From assembly GCA_003166335.1 (NCBI GenBank), contig PMWA01000034.1, forward strand, positions 1-11,029: a stretch of DNA of 11,029 nucleotides, given 5' to 3'. Source of the stretch: Methanobacterium sp. Its GTDB lineage: Archaea; Methanobacteriota; Methanobacteria; Methanobacteriales; Methanobacteriaceae. Positions 1 through 8,226 of this stretch are shown here, in pieces (positions within the stretch are counted from its first letter, which is position 1; every line of letters begins with the position of its first letter). The position numbers were made by a program, and so were the translations under genes. A model generated the notes under the pieces. It made no database searches. It was not told where the DNA came from and saw only the letters and a list, made by a program, of their open reading frames with translations.

Positions 1-77
1 ATATTTAAATCTATCCAAAAAAATTAATCAATAAATTAAAAATTATTTTATGCCCATCCATCAGAGATAATTCATTT

Positions 78-910
78 TTATAACAAAGAATTCAAATCCT
101 GAACAGGATATAGAAAACCATTTCTAGCAGCTTTTAACATATTATCTTTCTTGATAAAATCGAGGGAGTTTTTAAGAGCACCCAAACAGGTGAATATTAA
201 TAATGTGGGCAAGCTTATTCTGGTTACTCCATATTTTTTTAAATCATTAATAGAAAAATTTTCGATGTTATAATGCAATCCTGCAGCAATACTAATTGGC
301 CCTTTAACTTCTTGAGTTATGGTTTTTACCTCATCCAGAGTTTCGACATAGGTTATAAAAGCAATATCCGCCCCTGTTTCAAGATATTGATTAGCCCGAT
401 CTATTGCCAGTTCTAATCCCGTTGATCTATCCACAGTTGATCTCAAGGCATCAGTACGGGCATTTATGATAAAATCAGGATTATCCATAACATCAGCGGT
501 TTCCCGGGCCACACTGATTTTTTGTTCCATTAAATCACTATCCACCACTGAGACCTTTTTCTTTCCGTTAGGTATCTGATCTTCTAAGTTAACACCAGCA
601 ACTCCAATCTGCATAAATCTCTCTAAAGTATTTATTACTTCTTCGGGACTGCCGTATCCATCTTCAGCATCAGCCATGACCGGTATATTAACTGATCTAC
701 AATTCTGTGTGTCCATTCAATATTTTCATCTAAAGAAACATCAATCTCTTTTTTATATCCTGCTGCAATGGAAAAACTATAACCTGAACATTGAACGGCT
801 TTAAATCCCGTATTTTCAATTAGTTTAGCACTTATGGGATCGTATGCGTCGGGTATGATCAAGGTTTCGTCAGAATTTAAAAGATTTTTAAGTATTCCAC
901 TTTTACTCAT
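78..910 (-). pseudogene. Isocitrate lyase/PEP mutase superfamily protein, split by a single-base frameshift at ~694/695
   Basis: The 5' part (ORF 635..928; likely ATG at 910 with GGAG upstream) has PDAYDPISAKLIE..GF.AVQCSG. The 3' part (ORF 78..716) has VNIPVMADAEDGYG, GVNLEDQ, INARTD and GAD motifs. Adding one base after minus-strand GTA GAT joins them as ...HRIVD-x-VNIPVMADAEDGYG. A sequencing error is also possible. Confidence 0.85.
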
Positions 911-1192
911 AAATATTCTCCATTTCAAATTTCTTACCCATTAAATTTCTTTATTTAAATTTCCTACTTATTATTCTTGTCTTATAATACTAAGACCATT
1001 CAATGAACAGGAAAAAAATATTGACCTTTAAAATTTAACATATTTCCTCAAAGAATAATGAACTAGGAGTTTAATTTCTAAGCCAATTTTTTAAAGAAAC
1101 ATGCACTTCAAGTGTAAAATAATTCACTTTACAGGTAAAATAATCAGAGGTGTTAAATCAGAGATCTTACATAATATGTTAGGTGATCAATC

Positions 1193-1588
1193 ATGTTGAA
1201 AATAGATTTTAACACGGAAAATATGGATAAATGTCTCTGTCCGGATTGTCCTGTACAAATAGGGAGTAACTGTGTAAAGGATGAAATTAGGAAAATTGAA
1301 GAAATCCAATCAGAGGATGTAGATGCTGGAGTTATGATAGAACCAGAAGAAGTGCCGAAACTTTACTGCGCAACAGGCAAAACAAACTGTAAAGATTTAT
1401 ATACCCATGAAGAATGTCAATGCCCTAACTGCGATGTATGGAAGGAGAATGATCTTGAAGTTAGAGGAGCACCCGCTTATTTTTGCATTAATGGACGTGC
1501 TGTGGAATGTTGTAAAATAGTCACTGATGATGAGGAACATAAAGCTAAACTACGAGGTCTAAGGCGGACTTATTACACACCAATCTAG
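1193..1588 (+). CDS. Cys-rich DUF2769-like protein (131 aa, 12 Cys)
   Basis: CxCxxCP...LYCxxGK...C...CxCxxCxV...YFC..G pattern typical of methanogen DUF2769. AGGTGA RBS just upstream of the ATG. Confidence 0.75.
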   Translation: MLKIDFNTENMDKCLCPDCPVQIGSNCVKDEIRKIEEIQSEDVDAGVMIEPEEVPKLYCATGKTNCKDLYTHEECQCPNCDVWKENDLEVRGAPAYFCINGRAVECCKIVTDDEEHKAKLRGLRRTYYTPI

Positions 1589-1650
1589 AAAATTTATTTG
1601 AAAAAAATATATGATAATAGTTATTTTAAATGGAGAATGGGAGAAAAAAA

Positions 1651-2082
1651 ATGATAGCTCAAAAAGTTAAAGAAAAGGTTTTAATTATTTGCTACCACAA
1701 TTCAGCCAGATCCCAAATGGCTGAAGGAATTTTAAAATCATTATATGGTGAATATTATGATGTTTACAGTGCCGGTAGTGATCCTACCATTGTTAATCCC
1801 TATGCAATAAAAGTATTGGCAGAGTTGGATGTTGATATATCAGAAAATCGATCCAAAAGTCTTAAAGAATTTGATGGCTTAGAATTTGATTACGTGGTAA
1901 CAGTATGTGGTGGAGAAGAAGCAGCAGCATGTCCATATTTCCCGGGAGGAAAAAAATATCTCCACCAATCATTTGAAGACCCCGCTTCAGTTGGTGGAAC
2001 TGATCAGGACAAAACTGAAGCATTCAGAAGAAGCAGAGACGAAATTAAAGAATGGATAAAAAACACTTTTAAAGTTGAATGA
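1651..2082 (+). CDS. arsC: Arsenate reductase, LMW protein-tyrosine-phosphatase fold (thioredoxin-coupled type)
   Basis: P-loop CYHNSARSQMAEG, SAG, VVTVCG..ACP (two resolving Cys), FEDP and FRRSRDEI. ATG 1651 follows a GGAGA site; the ORF track starts at 1630. Confidence 0.88.
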   Translation: MIAQKVKEKVLIICYHNSARSQMAEGILKSLYGEYYDVYSAGSDPTIVNPYAIKVLAELDVDISENRSKSLKEFDGLEFDYVVTVCGGEEAAACPYFPGGKKYLHQSFEDPASVGGTDQDKTEAFRRSRDEIKEWIKNTFKVE

Positions 2083-2086
2083 AGTG

Positions 2087-2094
2087 TTTATATA
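2087..2094 (+). promoter_or_regulatory. Candidate archaeal TATA box (TTTATATA) upstream of the glutaredoxin gene
   Basis: Consensus-like TTTATATA directly after the arsC stop, ~120 bp upstream of ATG 2213. The AT-rich background weakens the call. Confidence 0.3.
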
Positions 2095-2212
2095 AATTCA
2101 AATAACCTACCTTAATGGTGACGAGGACCCCGAATTAAACCCTACACTTTTAAAAAAAAATTGAAATGTAATACTAGTTTTAATTTTATCAATATTATTG
2201 GAGGAGTTTTTA

Positions 2213-2494
2213 ATGCCAATGGAACATGTTGATGGGAAAAATGAAGTTAAAGTAGTTCTTTATGCTTTAAGTACTTGTGGATGGTGTAAGAAGACTAGAA
2301 TGCTTCTTGAAGAATTAAATGTTGAATATGATTACATATATGTGGACCTTTTAGAGGGTGACGAACGAAATGAAGTTATAGAACAAGTAAAGAAATGGAA
2401 TTCTCAGCTTTCATTCCCAACGCTAGTGATAAATGATGAAGAAACTATCATTGGATTCGATGAAGAAAGGACCAGGAGTCTGTTAAATGAATAA
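2213..2494 (+). CDS. Glutaredoxin/NrdH-like redoxin (methanoredoxin-like)
   Basis: LYALSTCGWCKKT active site, cis-Pro motif SFPTLVI and IIGFDE. GGAGG RBS at ~2200-2204 precedes ATG 2213. Confidence 0.9.
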   Translation: MPMEHVDGKNEVKVVLYALSTCGWCKKTRMLLEELNVEYDYIYVDLLEGDERNEVIEQVKKWNSQLSFPTLVINDEETIIGFDEERTRSLLNE

Positions 2495-3007
2495 TATTAT
2501 AAATAGTGATCTCATTCCAGTTGATGAGCTAATAATTATTATGTGGAGTTGCAGAAACAGATTGAATCATCTGGTTACCGCTTAAATCCAGATTTTGAAT
2601 TCACCGAATCACTCCTAAAGAGTATAATCATAAATGAGAAACGTTATGGTTATGGGGCTTGCCCATGTAGATTGGCGGTTAATGATAAAAAGGAAGATTT
2701 AGATATCATCTGCCCGTGCGACTACCGAGACCCTGATCTGGATGAATACGACGCTTTTAATTGTGGGTTATACGTTTCAGGTGAAATATTTAAAGGTGAA
2801 ACGAAATTGAAATCTATTCCGGAAAGAAGACCCTCACCAGAGGAACGTGAAATCTTAAGGACTAAATCCATCAGTGAAATCATATCATCTTCCTCGACAC
2901 CTATATGGAGATGTAAAGTTTGCGGATATTTATGCGCCAGGGGAGAACCACCAGAAATTTGCCCAATATGTAAAGTAGAAAGAGAACGATTTGAACTTTT
3001 CAAATAG
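2487..3007 (+). pseudogene. Ferredoxin:thioredoxin reductase catalytic domain fused to a C-terminal rubredoxin-like domain (FDR-type), probably frameshifted near 2530
   Basis: GYRLNPD, YGYGACPCR and IICPCDY FTR motifs. C-terminal WRCKVCGY...PPEICPIC. ATG 2487 overlaps the grx stop and has GGAG at 2475-2478, but is out of frame with the conserved body (ORF 2543..3007, in-frame TGA at 2525). The third motif CxC reads FNC. Family identity is firm; pseudogene status is less so. Confidence 0.7.
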
Positions 3008-3083
3008 AAAACCCAAAAATTGGATAAATTTACTACATCAAAAATTTGTAAAAATCTTAAAAAAAAATAAAGGCTGGAAAGCT

Positions 3084-4136
3084 ATGAGTGAAAAAAACTT
3101 GAAAAATAGGGATTTAAATTATTTTTATAACATAGCTCGGAATTTGCTTGAAGATTTTTATAATTGTGATTGTAAACCTGGCTGGATATGTACCCCTGAG
3201 AAGTTTGGAGCTACCATGGGCCTGGGTGCTGCTGGACAGGGAAAGACGTTTGAGGCTAATTATAATACTCTCCATCAATATCGTTTGAAGATGAATTTAA
3301 TTAAAGCACATCATGAGCCTGAAATGTCGACTTCAATATTTGGAAAAGATTTAACCATTCCTGTAATGGGTGCTAGTGTTTCAGGAGTTAAATTGAGTAT
3401 TAATGATATAATTTCTGAGGATGATTTTTACTGGGGGCTTATGAAGGGAGCTCGAGATTTCGGGTCCATCGGAATGGTGGGTAATACTCCGGCTTGTCCT
3501 GATGATTTAGGGATCACTGTTGCTGGGAGGAATGGTGGATGGGGTATTCCAATTATTAAACCGCATTCACAGGAGGAGCTCATTAAGCTATTCCAATTGG
3601 TTGAAGAATTAGATGTAATTGCAGTGGGAGTTGATCTGGATGGGGTGGGATCTCAATTCTGGAATGCTCATGGAAAACCGCTTTATCGGAAAACTGAACA
3701 CGAACTAAGGGAATTAGTGGATTGTACTGAAAAACCAGTGATCTTCAAGGGTATTATGAGTGTTGAGGACGCGGTTAAGGTAGCAGATTCCGGTGCCAGT
3801 GCCTGTTATGTTTCAAATCATGGCGGTAGACCTATGGATTGTGGTCAAGCCGTAGCGGATGTCCTCCCCGATATTGCAAAGGAGATATCTGGGAAGATCA
3901 TTATTTTAGCGGATGGTGCCGTGAGAACTGGATTTGATGTTTTAACGGTTCTGGCTCTTGGTGCGGATGTGGTTTTGATTGGCCGGCCTCTTGCAATGAT
4001 GTCCGTAGTGGGGGGTGTTGAAGCGGTGAAATTGTATTATGAGTATGTTAAAGATGATCTCCGCACTAGCATGATTATGACGGGATGTGATAATCTCCAA
4101 GATGCAACAATGGAAATACTAGTTAGATCAAGATAA
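3084..4136 (+). CDS. FMN-dependent alpha-hydroxy-acid dehydrogenase/oxidase family protein
   Basis: Catalytic SNHGGR, KPVIFKGI, ADGAVRTGFDV, LALGADVVLIGRP and C-terminal MIMTGC. ATG 3084 is preferred over the TTG at 2991, whose extension is Lys/Asn-rich and overlaps the previous gene. Confidence 0.9.
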   Translation: MSEKNLKNRDLNYFYNIARNLLEDFYNCDCKPGWICTPEKFGATMGLGAAGQGKTFEANYNTLHQYRLKMNLIKAHHEPEMSTSIFGKDLTIPVMGASVSGVKLSINDIISEDDFYWGLMKGARDFGSIGMVGNTPACPDDLGITVAGRNGGWGIPIIKPHSQEELIKLFQLVEELDVIAVGVDLDGVGSQFWNAHGKPLYRKTEHELRELVDCTEKPVIFKGIMSVEDAVKVADSGASACYVSNHGGRPMDCGQAVADVLPDIAKEISGKIIILADGAVRTGFDVLTVLALGADVVLIGRPLAMMSVVGGVEAVKLYYEYVKDDLRTSMIMTGCDNLQDATMEILVRSR

Positions 4137-4149
4137 TTTGGCGCTGATT

Positions 4150-4521
4150 TTATTTGAGTAGGTATAATCCAGTTAAATAAGTTGCAGTAAATATTAATAT
4201 GAAAGGTATCCATGTTCCTATAATACTTTTAAACATTTCAAAACTTTTGTTTATTAAAAGAGCAACCACAATAATATCCATTAAGATAACAAAGACCACA
4301 AATATTATGGCTGTTTCTAATGGCGTTGTAAAATTGAAGAAACTAAAATAAACTAATGATAAACCTATAAATATTATGGGAGCAGCAATAGCATGAATTA
4401 TTAAAGTTCTATCCATAGATGTGATTTTCATCCCAATACCCATTACAGTGAAGCAAAGAGCCCATCCTATAAATGCAAAAATCAAAATAATAATCCCAGC
4501 TAATATACTAAAACTTGTCAT
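4150..4521 (-). CDS. Small hypothetical integral membrane protein (~4 TM)
   Basis: 123-aa ORF with four hydrophobic segments (FIGWALC, IIHAIAAPIIF, FVILMD, GTWIPFILIF) and a purine-rich stretch upstream of the ATG. Confidence 0.75.
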   Translation of the reverse strand: MTSFSILAGIIILIFAFIGWALCFTVMGIGMKITSMDRTLIIHAIAAPIIFIGLSLVYFSFFNFTTPLETAIIFVVFVILMDIIVVALLINKSFEMFKSIIGTWIPFILIFTATYLTGLYLLK

Positions 4522-5207
4522 AATAAAACACTTCTTCCATTTTTTTTACAATATAAAAATTAAATACTTACTAATTATTTATTTATTAAATCTACGTGTC
4601 TTTTTTAACCATTTGAACACATTTGAAATCTCTATGACTCATAATAATAATGAAATGGTTAATGTCTTTCGTTACAAATACTAATCTATTTGAACATTTC
4701 AATGTATAAATTCATTTTTATAAATTATATTTAGATTGTTAGTCAATGATTTGAGAATTATAGGGGGAATATCTGGATTAAGATATTTTGTTTTAAAGAT
4801 CAATTCATTTATAAATAAATATACATTTATACAAATACAAATATATTTATTTAATTACAAAACAGTTTGATTATTCTTGAGTATTTAAATAAGTTAGCAG
4901 TTCATGATGATTTAGATATTTAATCAGTTAAAGAAATAAAAAAAGATTAAGATAATGTTTGGAATAATGTTAAGAATTAAAGATAAATACAAAAATACCG
5001 TAATAATCAATTAAGTACTTCAATATGGAGAATATTTATGGAAATATAATTATTTTTTAAATTATAATTTAATAAAAATAAATATTTCTCCAATGTTCGA
5101 ATTTTGAGGAAAAAATATTAAAAAAAAATAAATATTGAGACGTTAACGTTTATACTCATATTATATATTGTAAACATACATTAATTAAGGAACTGGAGGA
5201 AAAGTTT

Positions 5208-5495
5208 ATGGAAATAGAGGTTAAGTTAACATCTGTACATGTTATTGTTGCCATAATAACGGGTTACATTTCATTTATAATTTCAAGCGGATTTATAAGT
5301 GGTGTAGGTAAAAACGAGTATTTGGCGATTTTGATAGGGTTGGTAATCCTTTATATTACTGGTCAAGCATCTGAAAGGGCTTTTGGTAAGGAAGAAGTGG
5401 GTGGTCTCAAAGGATGGTTCTTGAGTGGTATAATACCTTTCTTCTTTGTGTGGGTGCTGACTTGGACTCTTCTTATGAATTATTATTTGATTTAA
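5208..5495 (+). CDS. DUF5379 / archaeal EMC6-like membrane protein
   Basis: 95 aa, three hydrophobic segments, FGKEEVGGLKGW..SGIIPFFFVW motif and a strong GGAGG RBS. Family assigned from recollection of methanogen homologs. Confidence 0.7.
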   Translation: MEIEVKLTSVHVIVAIITGYISFIISSGFISGVGKNEYLAILIGLVILYITGQASERAFGKEEVGGLKGWFLSGIIPFFFVWVLTWTLLMNYYLI

Positions 5496-5535
5496 ATTTT
5501 ATTATAAAACAAAATAATTTTTAATTTTTTTTTAA
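5496..5535 (+). terminator. Oligo-T tracts, candidate archaeal terminator between convergent genes
   Basis: TTTTT and TTTTTTTT runs shortly after the stop at 5495. Confidence 0.35.
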
Positions 5536-5614
5536 TTAAATCTGAAAATTTTAAAATTCTGCAATTATAATGAAAATATTTTCAATGCTTTCTAATTTTA
5601 CGTTTTTGGTAATT

Positions 5615-7444
5615 TTATATTGATGTACCATAGAAAATCCATATAAAAGCAAATACAAGGGCTAATACAAAGACTAATGGTGCAAAAAATTTACTTACTG
5701 CTACAATAGAGCTTATGGTTGTCACTAATTCAGTGGCATGAGTAGGACCTAAAGTCTTAATGTCATTTATCTCAGCCACTTTAACCCCGGCTTTTACAGG
5801 TTCCAAATCATTAATAGCATTTTTAGTACATTTTATTATCGCGTTAATTATTTCATCCTGCATTTTAACACCCACGGGATTATGACCACCTGATAGGGTG
5901 TTTACATAATGAGTGTCGGTAGTCATCACTTCTACACAATCCAAGCCCTCTGGTTTGACCGATTTGATTATCTTTTCTCTGAAACCAATGATCATATTAT
6001 TAGCATCTAAAAGTATATATGCAGTTTTTTGATAACCACCTACTTCTACAATCATCACCTTAACTCCACTTTGACCTATACCTTGCTCTTTGGACATATC
6101 CTCCAATGGGTCGGAGGAGCATCCTACCCTCATAACCTGTTTATCTTCATTTTTACCTAATTTTTCCACGGCATCTAGCAGCTCGAAAACCTCCTTATTA
6201 CCGGGAAGTATTCTACCACCATCTCCTTTAAAACTATTATGACAGTCAACCATCATCACATTATCTGTACAGGTTGATCCCTTAGCAGCGTTCATCACAG
6301 CTAATCCTACGCCGAAATCTATATCATCGAAACCTTTAGGTGAGAAAGTTGCCAGTAACACTAAATTATTGCCGAAATATTGGGCGCCAATTTTTGCTCC
6401 CTGATGCCTTACTCTCTGGAATTCACTGGCATATTCAGAGTAATCCATATCTTTAAGGGAATCTTTTATAACCTTTTCGATTTTACTTATTTCTCTAGAG
6501 GCCACTGGGTTAAAGTCATGGGTGGAGGGGCCATGTGAAACCATTGTAAAGGTATTAAATCTATTTGCTAATATTGTGGGCATGTTACCACCACCAATAT
6601 CTCCTACAGGACCGGGATGAACGCATGGAGATAAAAATATGGCTTTTAAATTATTTTCTCCTTTGAAACTCAGGATACCTACTATTGTTTTTATTGATTC
6701 GCCCATGTCATCGAAGATGGATTCCATGGCTTGTGAACCTTCACTCATATGGGATAGGAATAAGCTTAAAAGTTCTAATGCGCCCACTCCAAGATTTTTT
6801 CTCATAGGTGATTCTATAACAACTACAAAAGAGAATATGGCTAAAACCAGTATTAATGAAGCTATTATGATTTTGAAGAGAACAGCAATTATACTGAATT
6901 CCCCTAAATTAGTAGTTATACTAGTTAAAAATACAATTACCATAACCATACTTAGTATTAAAGCAGGTTGTGTTGAGGCTACTACAACTGATGATAAGAG
7001 ACGTATATTAGAAGTGCCAAAAATCACTATTGTTCTGAATGCGAATACTATGGCGCAGCCATAAATAATAGCGTCTATGGTGTAGTTGTAGATTGAGAAA
7101 TGGGATACTAAACTGCCTACAACGTAGGTTATTGCCACAATTATCATTGCTATAAGGGCTAAAAACATGGACTGCTTCATTTTCATATGTCTACCATCTA
7201 CTACTTTAACTAAGGTGGGAGTTACAGCACCAGCCATTATGGACATAAGACCGAATATCAAGAAACCTGCAGATCCACCATATACGATGCTTGATAGAAT
7301 GTTTGAACCTGTTTGGGGTTCAATTAAAAAGGAAGTAAGACCAGTGATAAAGCTTAAAAATACTATAATGAAAACCGAAATATGTGTTTCGGGTAAAGTT
7401 ACTAGGTATTTAGTGAGATCCGTAAGATTTTCTGATGTGGACAT
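5615..7444 (-). CDS. DUF2070 family membrane protein (COG3356; predicted membrane-anchored metal-dependent hydrolase)
   Basis: 609 aa with an N-terminal multi-TM region, a soluble domain carrying [25 protein letters not shown] and TTDTH motifs, and a C-terminal TM helix. Confidence 0.85.
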   Translation of the reverse strand: MSTSENLTDLTKYLVTLPETHISVFIIVFLSFITGLTSFLIEPQTGSNILSSIVYGGSAGFLIFGLMSIMAGAVTPTLVKVVDGRHMKMKQSMFLALIAMIIVAITYVVGSLVSHFSIYNYTIDAIIYGCAIVFAFRTIVIFGTSNIRLLSSVVVASTQPALILSMVMVIVFLTSITTNLGEFSIIAVLFKIIIASLILVLAIFSFVVVIESPMRKNLGVGALELLSLFLSHMSEGSQAMESIFDDMGESIKTIVGILSFKGENNLKAIFLSPCVHPGPVGDIGGGNMPTILANRFNTFTMVSHGPSTHDFNPVASREISKIEKVIKDSLKDMDYSEYASEFQRVRHQGAKIGAQYFGNNLVLLATFSPKGFDDIDFGVGLAVMNAAKGSTCTDNVMMVDCHNSFKGDGGRILPGNKEVFELLDAVEKLGKNEDKQVMRVGCSSDPLEDMSKEQGIGQSGVKVMIVEVGGYQKTAYILLDANNMIIGFREKIIKSVKPEGLDCVEVMTTDTHYVNTLSGGHNPVGVKMQDEIINAIIKCTKNAINDLEPVKAGVKVAEINDIKTLGPTHATELVTTISSIVAVSKFFAPLVFVLALVFAFIWIFYGTSI

Positions 7445-7653
7445 GATTTATTCCTCGATGTTAAAAGTTAAAATATTCAATTGATAAATTTTTAATATTA
7501 AGACCATAAATAATTGACATTTATATTATTACTAATGAAAAGCTAAACTATTCTTATGTAATTTTTAGATGTATTCAAATTATTCTAATGTAGCGTATGG
7601 TTTTTAAAGCTTTATAAGTTTTATAGTAACAACTTAAAAAGGAATTATTTCCA

Positions 7654-8226
7654 ATGGATGTTAAACTCAAAACACCTCTTTCTCGAGGGGATACATCAAA
7701 ATTAAAGGTTAAGGATATAGTATACGTTTCTGGTATTATTTATACTGCTAGAGATAGTGCACATAAAAGAATAGTTGAAGATGGATCTCCGGTGGATCTT
7801 GGGGGTGCAGTAATATTCCATGCAGGTCCTATAATAAATATTTCTGATAAGTCTGATGGTTCTAAGGATTACCGGGTGGTGGGTATAGGTCCAACTACTA
7901 GTGGAAGAATGAATCCTTACGAACCAAAACTTATCGATGCTGGTGTAAAAGCAGTTATAGGTAAAGGAGGAATGGATGGGGAAACATTAAAGGCTTTAAA
8001 GAGAAATGGGGCTGTATTTCTCACTGCAGTGGGTGGATGCGCTGCACTCTACGCAAAATCAATTAAACATGTTGATAATGTCCACTGGTTAGATCTGGGG
8101 ATTCCAGAGGCAATTTGGGAATTAGAAGTAATAGATTTCGGACCATTATTTGTTACGATGGATTCTCACGGAGGAAATCTCTATGAACAGGTTAAAAGAA
8201 AAATATCCTATAGAGGGATTCATTGA
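7654..8226 (+). CDS. Class I Fe-S fumarate/tartrate hydratase beta subunit (FumA C-terminal/TtdB family)
   Basis: [48 protein letters not shown] and FGPL..TMDSHG motifs. Confidence 0.92.
   Translation: MDVKLKTPLSRGDTSKLKVKDIVYVSGIIYTARDSAHKRIVEDGSPVDLGGAVIFHAGPIINISDKSDGSKDYRVVGIGPTTSGRMNPYEPKLIDAGVKAVIGKGGMDGETLKALKRNGAVFLTAVGGCAALYAKSIKHVDNVHWLDLGIPEAIWELEVIDFGPLFVTMDSHGGNLYEQVKRKISYRGIH

Noticed and set aside
1107..1117. Minus-strand TTACACTTGAA resembling a methanobacterial mini-ORB origin repeat
   Set aside because: Single copy, with no array and no cdc6/orc1 in the window.
2115..2150. GGTGACGAGGACCCC...AAACCCTAC, superficially like a fluoride riboswitch 5' end
   Set aside because: The CTGATGAC-like 3' element and the P1 pairing are missing, and the downstream gene is not fluoride-related. 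An Rfam scan would settle it.
2525..2527. In-frame TGA upstream of the FTR body as possible selenocysteine readthrough
   Set aside because: Not at a Cys-equivalent position, with no suitable in-frame start and no recognisable SECIS. A 1-nt deletion explains it better.
2722..3003. 93-aa minus-strand ORF
   Set aside because: Antisense shadow of the FTR-rubredoxin gene with no motifs.
2991..3083. Longer N-termini proposed by the ORF track (also 928, 1630, 2198, 8150, 9256, 10048)
   Set aside because: Downstream ATGs mostly have better-placed SD motifs, and the extensions look non-conserved.
4421..4684. 87-aa plus-strand ORF
   Set aside because: Overlaps the membrane protein gene antisense, has low-complexity AT-driven composition and no RBS.
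908..5040. 16-bp inverted match treated as transposon terminal repeats
   Set aside because: No transposase or target-site duplication, and the left copy is a functional RBS/start. Kept only as a low-interest observation.
6639..7484. Plus-strand ORFs 6639..7064 and 7167..7484
   Set aside because: Antisense shadows of the DUF2070 gene.
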